Shown here: piece by piece, positions 12,436 through 26,210 of the stretch | How the letters are laid out: every line of letters begins with the position of its first letter | Numbering within the stretch: position 1 is the stretch's first letter | Program-made: the position numbers and the translations under genes | Source of the DNA: Dipteris shenzhenensis | Taxonomy: Eukaryota | Assembly: GCA_047967505.1 (NCBI GenBank) | Contig: CM106538.1 | DNA length: 64,000 nt | Reading direction: 5' to 3' (one strand) | The notes under the pieces: generated by a model | Told to the model about the DNA's origin: nothing | Databases searched by the model: none | The model's input: the letters and a program-made list of their open reading frames with translations, nothing else

Positions 12436-12946
12436 TGTTAAATTACATGATACAGTAGAGCAGAAACTGAACAAAGAATAGAGAGTACAAAGCAAATTGG
12501 AGAGAAACATAAATTTCCTTCAATACTGATGTAGTACAGATGATGGCTCTATCCACCCGTGTGCTCCCACAGTGGAGCTTAGATGGCGATCTAGACAGAT
12601 ACTAGGTGAAGAGCTACTAACTGGAAGATTTGATCTAATCTGAACTGATCTAATACAATGGATTGGGGAGGTCGCCTCTTTATAGCTATGAGGGTGGTAG
12701 TCGAATCAACATAGTCAATGGAATCGATTAGTCAACCTAGTCAGTGGAGCCGACTAGTCAACCTAGTCGATGGAACTGACTAGTCGTCCATGGAATATTT
12801 AGGGAATATTTCCTAGACCGTTGCCTTGGGGGCTCTCTCACCAAGGGGGCTGCTGGCTCCCCTGGGACCCCCCAGCTGGGGGCCAATTGGCCCCCAGGCC
12901 CTAGCAAGAATAAGACGCTCCCACACTCACCTTTCTACCATCAACA
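12436..12946 (-). repeat. 5' LTR of the Copia element (511 bp), with an internal 26-bp tandem repeat
   Basis: tgtt...caaca termini, adjacent PBS, colinear with 8293-8768; gactagtcaacctagt(t/c)(g/a)gtgga-type units repeat 3-4 times. Confidence 0.92.
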
Positions 12947-14799
12947 GTCTCATAAATAGACCTCATCTGACATGATTGAACCATAAATGGTTTGTCTTAG
13001 CACTTTCACACATTGGAAAAATTCACCAAATCGGCCATATGGGGTGGATAGAGGTCATCCATTTGGGTCAAAATTATTTCAAGATTTAGACCTTTATGAA
13101 TTTAATCTTGGAAAAGTACAAATTTAACAATTGGAATCCATGATTCCCTTTAACTTAAGCATGGATGGCCCTTTTTAGCACTCTTCACACCACATAAGAC
13201 AACTTTTGATAAATTGTCTCTATAAAATATTATTCACGTGGAAAACAAGTGTGAATGACATTATAATTGAAGGTATTAATATTTTTCCAAGGTTATTTTA
13301 TAGTTGAAATCCATTTGTCCCCCCAATTCAACCAACCATGCTCTTTCGAGACAAATGAGCTATTTCTCATGAATTTGGCCATATGGGTGGGTGTAAAGAC
13401 CATCCAGTAGTATTGGTGGGATAGATTTTTAAGATATCATTACCATTTGAATCCATTTATCACTCCAATTACCATCACTGTTGCCATTGCTATGCTCTAA
13501 TTTAGCATTTCCACATGATATATACCTCTTTTTTACAAAATTAGGCATTTACGGTGGGTAAGGGGTCTAATTGGCGCATGGATATGTGAATTCACTAATA
13601 CGTGGTGGGTTGAAGATTTTTCCAAGGCCCAGCTTCATTTAAAAGCATGTGACCATTTAAAAAAATCTAGCTCGTAAACACATCAACATCAGTTTGAATG
13701 TCAAATTTCTAATTTTGACATTTAGACAAATGCTATTATGGTTATATGGATTGAAAAAATAGTTTTGAGCTCATCACCCTAGATCTTATTTTTATCCTTA
13801 ATATTTCTAGACTTTTCCCAAGACCTCCATCCCACCCCTCTAAATCCTCTCCCAGAGCTAAGCCCTCCCTTACAAATACCCTTAGAAGCTCTAAGGGTCA
13901 AGGAAGAGATCATTTGAACAATTTGAGGCAAGAAGAGTCCAAAAAAAACATTTACTACTCTTTCGAATGGTTTTTTTTGGGCACAAAACATACCTCAAGT
14001 ACTAGTTCTTTAGAAGATCCAAGCATCCTTCTTCAAAGTCCTATCTAGACTATCTCTTAAAGCTGAAGGATATTGTGGATCAAATTAATGCCATTGAAGT
14101 GGATGAAAGCATATTGGTTTAGATTGCCTTAGAAAAAATATGATCAATTTATAGCTATCATGGGTACATATGAAAATCAAGCAATTTTGGTAGTCATGTT
14201 TGACATGTTGATACCAAAGTAAATTCAATGAGGAGATTCCAATGATAAAAAGCTATGAACATTTTTTTTTAGAAAGAGTCAAAAGCTCCTATAGAGGAAG
14301 AGTCCAATTCAGTTCCCAAAGGGCAAGAAACTTCAATTGTACAAGATCATCAACTTGAAACAGATGTCAAAACCAAACCAGTAATAACAAAATTACAATA
14401 ACAAAGGCAATTTAAATCATCAAAATAATGAGTAAACTCCAAAATTTCCAAAGGTATTAGAAAAAGAGAGACTGAGGTAGAGGAAATTAAAATATCTTAA
14501 CAATACTTGGAACACTTCAAAAGACTCAAAATTTATTCAGCAATAATGGGAACACTTGAATAAGGCTCAAAATTGTACAAACAGTCACACAATTGTGCCC
14601 AACATGATAATAAGAATGATTTTCAACAAGGAGCCTTTCTTTCCATCCAATGAAATCATGAACATAAATAGTTTGATCAAGCATAATGGTTAGTAGATTT
14701 AGGTGCAAATGCCCACATGTTGTCAATGGTTTTCAGTGTTTATTAGCAAAGATCATGCATGCCAAGTTCAAGATATAGGTTAATGTAATTTTGGATATT

Positions 14800-16880
14800 A
14801 AAACAAAGTTGTCAATAATGTTGCACAGGTGTACTGAAATAATTTTTCTTGGGTTAAATGGTTGATAATGGCTATGAAGCCTTATTCGAAAAAGAAAAAG
14901 CTTCATTTAGGAAGACACTGTCAAACACAAACTCGTTTCCCAAGGTATTGAACATGGAATATTACTTTTATCATTGATTAATTTTCCATTAAAGTAAGAA
15001 AATGTTGTATAGCATTAGCACTTGAAACATCGCAATACTTATTGTGCACAAATGATATGGACATTTGAATTACAAAAGCCTTGTTTTCATGAAGTAGAAC
15101 AACATAGTCCAAGGACTGCCACAATTTGCAATGTCCAAATCAAGTCTGTGAATACTATTATATGGGTATAGGAAAGCAACACAAGAATCCCTTTTCAATC
15201 GGTATCATGGGCTTTAGATGTCCTTTTAAGTAGTGCAGATTGATATTTGGGCAAAGTCAAGAATTCATCATTCGAGAAAAAGTGGTATCCATCACTTGAC
15301 AAAAAATGTTATTACATCACCACTTGAGGAAACATTGGATTTGTTTCTTTGAATAAATATCAAAAGTCTTTGAGTTTTTTCAAGCTTTTGTTAGAAAGAC
15401 ATTAGAAAACACATCAAGGGATGGAAAGGTGATAGTAGTGGTGAGTATAAATCTCACATATCAAACACTTTCCATAGAGGTCATGGCATCAAAAGAGAAT
15501 TTACATGAAGTACACTACAAATGGTGTTATTGAAAGAAAAAATAGATTTATTCCAAAATATACCCATTGTATGATGGATGAAAAGAGCCTACCAAGGTCT
15601 TATTAAATAGAAATTTACTATCATTTATCTCATAAATAGAAGTTGAAACCTCACTCCATGAGAGGATCTCATGAATAGAAGTCCAAACCTCACTCCATGA
15701 GAGGTTTTTACATTAAACAAGCCTCATCTTTTCCATGTCATCATGTTTGGGTCATCAACATATTCTTATTTCCTGGATCCTTATTGGATCACTTAAACAA
15801 ATCTTGATTCCAAGTCACAAAAATGTATACTTATAGGGTACAATGATGAAAGCAACACCTATTAGTAGCTATGGGAGCTTGCCAAAAGGTAGTTGAACAT
15901 CTCTCGTAATGTTATTATTGATGAAAATAGTATTTATTATGATAATCTAGTAGTTGTGCAAGTAACAACTCCATCTTCAAAGGTATTGACACCATTTTTT
16001 TTAGGCTACATGTGAAAGGACTACAAGGAGTGTGCAATCCACTATCTAGCTCAAGCGTCACTCAATCAAGCACCAACAAATACAACCAATTCCAAGAGAT
16101 TATGCAAACTATTAAAGTAAGTACTTTTTGAATTGAAAGCTCTTTTGCACAATTCAAGAGATCAAATCATGAAAAAAAATTCCGAGACAAGTTGTCTTAC
16201 ACTATTACTTTTGCATTCATGGGCAATTCAATGGAATCAATGAGCCAACAATGTATCAAGACGTGGCTTTATAGAGTTAAACTTGCATCTTATGGTAAGA
16301 TTGACAACCAAGCTTATTTTCCAAAGGATACTTAGTCCACTTATAGGAGTAATAACTTGACGATGATGAAATATTTTCTCTAGCTTCAAAATGATTAATG
16401 TCAGAATAGTGATTGCCATAGCAAATTGATTTCAATCTTGCCAAAATAGTGTTTGCCCTAACAAAGCTATTTTGACTCTTCTCAAAATAGTGATTGCACA
16501 TCTACATACTTAATCTAGAATTCACCAAATGGAGGTAAATAATGCATTGATGAGGAGAGCTATATGGGATCAACTTAAAAGCAATGTTCCTGCCAAGACC
16601 ATAAACATCACAAATGCAAATTATTGAAGTCTTTATGTCTTGAAGCAAGCCGTCAAACATGGGAATGCCTAAATTGATGCATTCCTATAGCAAATTGATT
16701 TTTTGCCTTCATTTTTTTGATGCCTCATTATACATTCTTCCAATAGGTTAAAGCACTGCCACTATCATACCTATGTGGATGATGTGCTTATGCTACTCAA
16801 AATATGAAAGTGGGCCTTGTTGTGAATCTTCCATGAAAGGCATGGGTCATTTTTTTATTTTCTAGTTTGGAGATTTTGTA
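14800..16880 (+). mobile_element. Ancient Ty1/Copia pol remnant (integrase + RT)
   Basis: Motifs in order: D.SGEY (~15430), NGVIERKNR (~15520), LDSKSQKCILIGYNDES (~15805), EIHQMEVNNA (~16518), LKQA (~16640), YVDDVL (~16772). No intact ORF. Confidence 0.85.
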
Positions 16881-19199
16881 GCCTCCAAATGTACTTGATT
16901 GTACTCTTTTCTTTTGTAATCCACCCTCATCTTTTTCAAAGGGGGTTCTGAGATTTAAATTCTAGTATATGTGTACACTAAGGTAATGTATATACTAGAG
17001 TGGTAAAATGCATGGTCCTAAAGCTTTAAATGTGAACGTCCCATTAGGGATGCACTTAGGTTGAGTATATATTTTTGATCATTCATTTTCTATCAAAGTG
17101 TGTTCATTTTTATGCCCTAGCTTTCACTTTTTGTGGTATCTATTCTTTTCTTACAAACTTGCACATACACACCCACACTCTCGAATACATTTGACATAGA
17201 TAGCTCTATATTACTATTTACCAAGTCCAAGGGCTAGCTTTGACTTTTTTGCAAGCCTATGTTAAAGCATCCTCCTATGGAGGCAAACTACTCTATAATA
17301 GAATTTTTTTTGAAATTGTCATTGCCAGCACTTAGTTAGCGATAAACTCTCAAGTTTAGTGCTCACACTTTCCAAGTTTGCTCAATCAAGTAGGCACTAC
17401 AAAAGTCTACTCTTGTCTAACATTCTCCTTGCAACTTAGAGACATCATGGACTCAAAGTTTCTTGGTTGATACTCCTAAGAGCTCCAAGAAACCTTGAGC
17501 TAAGAAAAATCATGAGTCCCTCATTTGGACACAAGATCTAAGAACAAGACATGTAGCTCTAAAGCCCAACTCTTCTCTAAGATAGGAAATCAAATGAGAC
17601 ACTCCTTACTAACTCACGGTAGCTCCAACCCCTTGCAAAGTGAAAAGGTTGTGTTTTAAAACTCATATGTTTTTAAAAAGTGTAAATAATAAAAAATAAA
17701 ACCAAGCACAGCTCACATCAAGGATAATGGCTCTTGTGACACAAGCTACCATGGTTGGCCCTATCTTCATCCTAGTCATGTATCATGAGTGAAACAGGTT
17801 ATTCGGGAGGATCCTGTACTGCTACACACATTTAGGACCTTAGCGAGCTTCTTCTAAAGCTCATCTTCTACAGAGACCAAAGCTTGCAGATTCCAATATC
17901 TAGAGGACTTCATTGCCCACCAAGATGCTCTTGGATCCATCTCCCCCACTTGTTGAGGATATTGATCGAGTTGTTTTGTGTCTCATCACATTGACTTTGC
18001 ATTGAGAGTGGATAGGTTGAGGGCAACCTGGAGAGGGTTGCATATGCAATTGAAGTAATTACTAGGAGATGAGTCAGAGGAGCTCTTCACTTTTAGATGC
18101 TCTATATACTATGAGATCCGAGATCCGCTATCACTATCTCTTCAAGGATGGTTTCAAATAGATCTTGGAAACTTTCATCCCCATGAGGCCATCCGACATA
18201 ATGAGAATTTGCTTAAGACACATAGGAAAGATCAATGTGTACAACCAATCTCCACTAAGAGCATGATCATTGAAGTTTTCTAGCTAGATGGCATAGACTA
18301 GTAGAGCTCAAGGACATGCCAAATTTAAGAACTAGTGTGAGAGAAACAATAGACTCACCAGTGGCTTGAGGCATAGATCAGACTAGTTGACTCTCCCTTC
18401 AGGCTTACCACCAGATAAGAGGGCATCCCCGATGAGAGTGACACATGCACTTGTTTGACATAGGGCCATAGCTAGGAGATCACATTGGACAAGACATAGA
18501 TAGATAGATCTTAGTGCCCAATCATAGGCTTTATGCCACTGTAGCCTCATACATAATTGATCCCATCTTAGATGACCTCTTTGATAGCTTCCAGATGATT
18601 ATCACAGTGTTGCCAACTCCAATCTTCTTTATGAGCTCAAAAATTTCTCTTTGTATATTGGTGTCTTTATGATTATGGCTATTTTGTATTCATCATGGCT
18701 TGCTGAGGCAGTCGATACAGTGAGCAAGAATAAGCCAGTGGGCCCAAAAAAGCGAGCGAGTTTTTTCACAATTCCCTTGTAGAGGTAGTCAACATAAATT
18801 TGTGGAATCCACTATTTGGGAAGAATCTCCAACATGAAACTTAACTTACTATGTCAAAATGTGGGCACAATAACTATACCAACATTTAAACTTATAGTCT
18901 AGCTTAACTTTCAATTGAAGCCATACTCACATTTTACAATGGTAATATGTGGGTTTAGTAATTGAAAGAAATTGAATTGCACGTTAAAAGGTGGGATTGC
19001 ATTGCTGATGGGTCTTACTATCACAATTGCTACAGTAATCAAAACAACCACATTTCTTGGAAATTTATACTTAGTAACATAAATATCACTCAACCCATAT
19101 GTAGGGAAACCAAAGTGTCTGTTGAATTCAAAGCATGGGATTGCATCATATACATAGAACAATATTACAACATTCAAAATGGATCTTCTTTAGATTAAT

Positions 19200-22100
19200 A
19201 TTACCACATTCAAAATGGGTCTTCTTATAAAAAATATCCACAAACTATGAATAAAATAGTGTTTTAAACCATATTCTACACCTCTTAACATTCATCATCA
19301 ACAAATTAGTCACGAGCTTGTGGACTATTTAAATGCCTCTCATCATATCTCCTTTCGGTTGACATCAATCTTTCCATTTCTTCTATATAGCATGGTAACA
19401 AACCACAACAAAACATACATTTGAAATCATAGTTAGTCAAAAAGTTAAAGGTAAAATAATTTCACACAAGATGAACTTGCCAATATCTTCTCCCATACTA
19501 ATATCTTCTTAAGAATATGTTTTGCTACTAATAACAATGACACAAATTTTCTCCAATAAAATTGTTTAACAATAAGAAAAGCATCAGAAAGTTGAGTTGT
19601 ATACTTCAAAGGTACCCATTAACATTTACATTTCATCCAAAATATATACAGACGTTCAAGAAGATTATGAAAATCCACAATAATAACAATCAAAATGTCT
19701 CACCAAAAGATATAAGTTCAACAGCATACTAATCAATCAAATGGATTTGTGATGGGGTCCACTCTATCTTCATACCCATCTCAACCATGTTTTGAACTTA
19801 TCCATTTGCTAGAATGGTCTGCTACACGCGGCTCAACAATGCTAGCCAGAAAACTACTATCTGAATCAAATGAAAAACATGGCCTATCAATAGCCTAACA
19901 AGCACACATGAGAGAAGTGCCACAACCCATCTCCAAAACTGCTCCAACTAGAACACACACGAGAGACAAAAGGCACCCAACAAAAATAGTACTCCTCTCA
20001 AGTCCACCTTGTGCCATTTGAGAAGGCATGGTTGTCCTCTCAGTGAGAGGTACGTAGTGAGTCCACAAATCATCAAGTGGATCAGTGGAAAGCTTCTGAA
20101 ATAGTGGAACATTTTCATCCCAAAAAATCAATCGATTCTTCTTAGCTCTATTTTCTAAGCCCCAACACTGAAGACTACACCATTTTCTATTTTCTAGCTC
20201 TGTTTTCTAGAGCCAACACTGAAGACTACACCATGGATGGAAAAGCACATGCAGAAGAATGACTTTAGCTAGTAGGCATTACAACATGAAAGACTGCACT
20301 TGCTAACCACACATATAGAAGCCCCAAAGAAACCTTCAAAAAATGGCATGCATACAACATGGTACATGACATCATCAAAGACATTTAGAGAAGCACATAA
20401 AAAAGACTGAATGTAGGATTACAATATAGCTTGCATGGTATTGTAGCTTACCTTAAGAGTTTTACCTTGGTCTTTCCAATATCCCTACGGAAGCAAAAGA
20501 GAGTTTTACCTTGGTCTTTCCAATATCCCTATGGAAGCGAATGACTACATGTTTGACAACTTCCAAGCTTGAATTAATGCAAATCACTCCATCCAAGCAA
20601 CATAGTGTCTTACAAACAAATAATTTTATCTTAAACCAAAAGAATGTAAATAGTATACATATAATACCAATAGTGCTAGTCAATCTTACCTGCCATAGGA
20701 CATATGCATGCCAACCAACCACTATTGAACAAAGAAGCTACTGCAATTGCAAGCCCATGATGCACATGGTCCCCTCGTACGATATTCCAAAATGGGGTGG
20801 GTCCTCTCTCATCAAATGAATAGCAAGTGGGAAATCAAGCAATACAAAATTTGTAGCCCACTTGACCTTCCTACCCATCCTCATGTAGTCTCGGTCTATA
20901 CTAACCACAGTCATGAGAAACTCATGAAGAATAGCATACTTATCCATGTCCATGGTAATGTAGTCACCAATGATACAAGAATACAAAGGGGTGATACCAT
21001 AGGCCAATGTAATATCTGGTGATTGTGATTTCTAGAACACATAATGCTTTACAAGCTTTTGATAGAATGTGCATCTATATTTAAAAAATATATCAACCAC
21101 AACCAAAGCAAGCCTTGAAACAACAACTATAGACACAAAAGATAACCACACCCTTACCTGCACTCTCCATGCAATCCTTATTTTGTCTCGGTGGACTTGA
21201 TGGATTCTCATCTTATTAGAGAGGAAATAATAACATTATTACACTATGTCAAACCCTCATCATGAATCCTCATCATGAACAACAATAGGAACTCAAGATG
21301 TGTCTTCCCTACCTTTGTTTTTGAGTTGGTTCTTGTTTTTTTGTTTGTGCTTTTCCCCCCCTTGAGATTCGCTCCACTTTATTCTTACTTTCTTTAGTGA
21401 CTTTATCTAAAGCATAAGTATTAGACAAGTATCTTTCCCTCACCAATACTTTTCCTTTAGGAAAGTCTATCCACCACAAAGGACAATTTGCTAGTTCCCA
21501 TTGTGAGAGATTGTGCATGTTGGTGGATACATGCATGCAAGATGTCCAATCTCCACCCAGCTCTTGTATAGATTTGGAATCTTTGAGATCTCTCTCTCTC
21601 TCTCTCTTACCAAAAGTGCAAGATACCTATGAGTCAACAAACACAAATTAATTGGATGTCCTGTGTGAAATAAATTGAACAATCAACAATGATTGTCAAG
21701 TTCTATGCAATAAAATCCCAAACAAAAGAAATGAAAAATGAACACCATTAAAGTATTATGAACAAACTTGTAAAAAACCCTATAAGTAGCCATGTCCAAC
21801 TCATAGGGACCATCTCCTTTCTTTCCACCCTTACCCTCAATCTTTGACTCTTTTGATCTTAGTGCCATAAACTTATGCTTTCTCCCTTCCAATTTTATGT
21901 CCTCCATGTATTGTTGTATTGTGTAATACTTTGAAGTATCTAATGGGATGCCCATGGTTTTCACTACCCTTAAGTCATCAAGAACTTTCATTGATCATGT
22001 CTCTACTTTCTATAGAAATATCTCTCGATTAATCCATCTATACAACAATTGCAAAATGAATTATTCTCACAACCAAAAATTATGACAGTTCTATAGTGCA

Positions 22101-23100
22101 AACAAACACAACAAAGCAGTTTACTTATTATGAAAACAAGAACTCACCTCTATAATCCACATCCCCCACACACATATCCCTCCTTGGTTTTGTGGCCTCC
22201 AAAAATGAAGGAAAATTGATATTTTTTTCCAATCTCAGACTTTGCTATGAGTTTACTACTTCTCCAATGTCACGCAAGAGTCCATAGCATCAAAGCACGA
22301 TGTAATAATATAAGAATTCAACTCTCACCTTTCCCATCCTATCATCAATTCTTTTTTGAATCAAGACACACCGCTTTCCCTCAGCCTCTCTCCTTTGATC
22401 TATAGGCAATTTTGTGGATATCTCATCAATTTCTTTTTTTAGCTCCGTATTGTACTTAACCTACACAAAAGCATCTTATTAGAGAAAGAAAAGTAATGGA
22501 ATAGAAAAAAGCACCAACAAATGAAGAGCATTATACTTGGAAGACTAGCCTTGCAAGGTAACCTCTTGTTAATGGAAATCACGACTTTTACCTTTACCAT
22601 CTTGAGCCCTCCAGTTCTCTATAGATTTCCCCTCAGTAGGGGACAATGATATTATAAATATCATAGGATCAACTCACAATTGCTGTGTGCATTCATGAGT
22701 ATGTCCCCTAGCCTAGGTTTAATTATACTACAAGATAGAGCAAAAGGTTAATTCCTTTGTACACAACACAAATAATGAAAGGCAAAGAAGTATCCAACAC
22801 AAATAATGAAAGACAAGAAAGTATCCAAGTACTTACTAATTCATCTATTGTTGTAGCCTAGCCGCAAGAGCAATCTCACTAATTTTTCTAGATTCAATTA
22901 TTGTGCAAACCACCCTGACATGCCATTTCTTATTTGTAGGAAAGATGTCATTTATAATACTCATCTAGGAAGTAGTCCTGTGATTGGCCCTCCCAACCTA
23001 GAAAAATCCTTCTTGACATAAATTTAGAGCCATGGCATGATAGCAATTCAATCTCAAGCTCTTCATCCACCTCTCTCAAGTGGGAGACCAACTCTCCTCT
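19200..23100 (-). mobile_element. Possible decayed Mutator-like (MULE) transposase, possibly with a Ulp1-like protease remnant
   Basis: Weak motifs in the expected minus-strand order: PFALSC...HTHEC (~22750-22685), DMDKYAILHEFLMTVVSIDRD (~20950-20890), a Cys-rich SWIM-like patch (~20360-20310), V.NGYL and VWE.YWQV-like patches (~19630, ~19490). Confidence 0.35.
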
Positions 23101-23222
23101 TATCATTTGCCACTGCTACCTCCTCTCCACCATCACTCTTACAAATAGACACAATAAAACATCTTTTCTTTGGAAGGTAGCCCTCTACTTCGAATGTTCT
23201 TTTCATTGAAGACACATCATCA

Positions 23223-26210
23223 TGTAGTCATACCTGTGCATAGGGGATTAAGCTACACAATGGAATGCGAGGACACTGGTCTGAATCAAGCATCCTGCAT
23301 TTGCCAATCACTTCACCTCCTCATTCCACTTGCAATTTAACTCAACCTCCTTAACTCTTGGTCCTTCATCTCTTTGAGTAGAGGATGTTTCAAGCTTAGA
23401 ACCTACTACATTCCCTGGCTCTTCTGTCCCACCTACTAACTCTTGGTCCTTCATCTCTTTGAGTAGAGGATGTTTCAAGCTTAGAACCTACTACATTCCC
23501 TGGCTCTTTTGTCCCACCTACTAACGATTAGGTAGTGACCAATGTAATCCATAAGTGAGTTAGGGGCACTTTTCTCTCACTAGAGATTTCCCCCCCTAAC
23601 CACAGTTAGTGGGTTAGTGTGGTTTTGTCACTTAGACAAAACCACCTCCACTCTTGTATCTCACTATCTTATCTATTGCATATCCTACATTTTCCTCTCC
23701 AGCTCTCTTGCTTCTTGCTTGTCTACTTCTCTCTGACATTTGGTATTAGGGCAAGACAAGCTCCGGGATGAACTCCTTCTAGCTTCGACCAGCTCCTTCT
23801 GTTGCACAACAACCCTTTGCCATAGAGCTTCATCCGTACATGCTACTCAGCACCATACTTCAATACAGATTTTGACACTCAAGCATTTGTACTTGCTCCA
23901 GCATCCGTAACTGCATGTATAATTGTACTTCATCTGTCTGTACCGTCGTACATACATCGGTACATACATACATCCGTAACTGCATGTATAATTGTACTTC
24001 ATCTGTCTGTACCGTCGTACATACATCGGTTAGCTTTCCCTACTAGTGCACATGCGCTACCCTCTGTACAATGAATCTACAAGCACCGTACTTGTTTGTA
24101 CATGTAGTCCGTATGCTACAGTTCTTTCGTATGCTGCTTGATTGTCTGTACCGTCGTACATACATCGGTTAGCTTTCCCTACTAGTGCACATGCGCTACC
24201 CTCTGTACAATGAATCTACAAGCACCGTACTTGTTTGTACATGTAGTCCGTATGCTACAGTTCTTTCGTATGCTGCTTGATTGTACATTTCGTTATCCGT
24301 ACAATCACCGCACATGACTGTATTATATAGTGTACATGTCTGTACACATCTATGTGCAACAGTTTGTACATCTTGTATAACTTGTACGAGACAGCTTCTT
24401 CATTTGCAGGACTTGTGGTGAAGAAGGCCTTCTGTGTAGGTTCTTTTCTTTGTAGGGTCACCTTCCAGGGTCTTCTTGCAAGTGCATTTTGCAAGAATAG
24501 CCATTGTTTGGCAATTTTGTTGGAAGAGAATTTGGGGTAGATTTTCTTGCTTTGCAGATAAATATGCAAATTTGGGGCTTTTGCAGGCAAATTGCAAATT
24601 TCGGGGCTTTCAGTAAATTTGCCCTCTTTCGATTGCAATTTCCCACAAGAATTTGGGGCTTTTGGCATTTGGATGCAATTTGGCAGTGTACAAGCTGTTT
24701 GGCATCTTTGTAGGCAGTTTTGGACTCAGTTTAACTAACATTGTAGACATTTACCATTTTTGCAGTGTTATTTTGGTAGTTTTTGGGCATTTGCAGGACA
24801 TTGGGTGCATTTTGAGCCTTTGATTGGCTGTGACAGTGAGCTATCATTGTGGAGAGATTTTTTGGCAGATTTGGGTTGTCCATCTGAGATCCCAGGAAGA
24901 AGTATTCTTGTCACATTTGCTGCATTTTGTTTTCTTTGGTAGTTATGGCCCAAAGCAATCCCAATGAAGTGTTTGGCATCCTCACACAAGAGAATAAGTT
25001 AGATGGCACCAATTACTCCTTATGGAGTTTTATGGTTTGTAATATCTTAGTTGGCAAGCACCTTTGGGATTATGTCAATGAGGATGAGCCACACCCGGAG
25101 AATGTGGTTGCACCTACCACTCCTCCTCAACAAGGTGCAAGACAAGTGGTAGGTGCAGCAGCTGCTGCAGTGGCGGTGACTCCTACATAGGATCAAAAAA
25201 AGGTGGGATTCACGTGATGCACTAGCACTTTCAGCTATCTCCCTTTATGTCAAAAGGTTTATCATTCCGCACATTCGGTCATGCAAGACCTCAAAGGCAA
25301 CTTGGGATATTTTGGAGAGCATGTTTGCAGCTAGAAATGATGCCAGGGTCTCTTTCCTAAAGAGAGAGCTATCTCACACACATATGGATGAGGGTGACTC
25401 AATGAATGATCACCTCACCAAGCTTCAGGATTTGAGGGAACATTTCTTGAATATAGATGAGATTATTCCTGATTCAGAGATGATTACCACCACTCTAAAT
25501 TCTCTTCCTGAGTTGTATCTCGGTTTTCATACCTCGCTGAGTTTGTCATTGAGGGGAGGTGGCAATCCTCTCTCTTTTCATGAGTTGGTAGGATTCTTAT
25601 TGTTGACAGGAGGAGCAAACTAGGAAGAACATGGCCACACATGCTGGAGAGCATGCCGTGCTTTCAAAATTCAAGCCCAACGGGAAAGGGTAGCGAAAGC
25701 AACACGCAAATCAGCCTACACATTAGCATAAAGCTAATTTTGGACAGCCCTCTCACAAGGCTAAAGGTGATGCAGAGAAGCCAAAGAGGAAGGGTATTTG
25801 TCAATACTGCAAATAGCCATCTCACTACATTAGCGAATGCAATAAGAGAATAGCAAAAGAAAAGAAAAAGGATTCGAGTATGGCTGTCTCAGATGCATCA
25901 TCCCGTCATGCACATGAAGGAGCTGATGTTACAGCCAGCTTTGTGGAAGAGGATTATGCCTTTTTGTCTTGCATTTTAGATTTTCAAGTGGCTGATCTAG
26001 ATACTACAACCACTCTTGAGGATGCTTTCCTGACTTGTAGCTATGACCCTTCGAAGGATGCATTCACCTTCAATGTCAGTGAGATATTGAACACATGGTA
26101 TTTTGATACTAGTGCATCCAAGCACATCACTTCTAGGAAGAGTCTTTTTGCATCTCTCCATGCACCACCTGCTGGAAAGAGGGTGACTTATGCAAATAAT
26201 TCTCTTATCT
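23223..26210 (+). mobile_element. Truncated Ty1/Copia element: LTR, PBS, long leader, gag and protease
   Basis: LTR ends tctctgaca (23738), followed by degenerate PBS tggtattagggc (23741-23752). gag from ATG 24945 (NKLDGTNYSLWSF...LWDYV; MDEGDSMNDHL), knuckle CQYCK.PSHYISEC (~25800), protease WYFDTSASKHITS (~26095). The LTR left boundary is a guess. Confidence 0.88.

Larger units (their letters stand above)
8293..12946 (-). mobile_element. Ty1/Copia LTR retrotransposon, defective (frameshifts; RNase H and PPT deleted)
   Basis: 5' LTR 12436-12946 and tRNA-iMet PBS tggtatcagagc at 12435-12424. Domains in Copia order: gag from ATG 12361 (KLHGTNYIVWK), zinc knuckle CFYCKKKGHVIADC, protease WVLDSGASRHMT, LWHKIFGHIG, integrase (LELVHVDLC, PQQNSIVE), RT ([20 protein letters not shown]). 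3' LTR 8293-8768. Confidence 0.97.

Noticed and set aside
16900-18900. Possible coding remnant
   Set aside because: No ORF or motif that I can assign.
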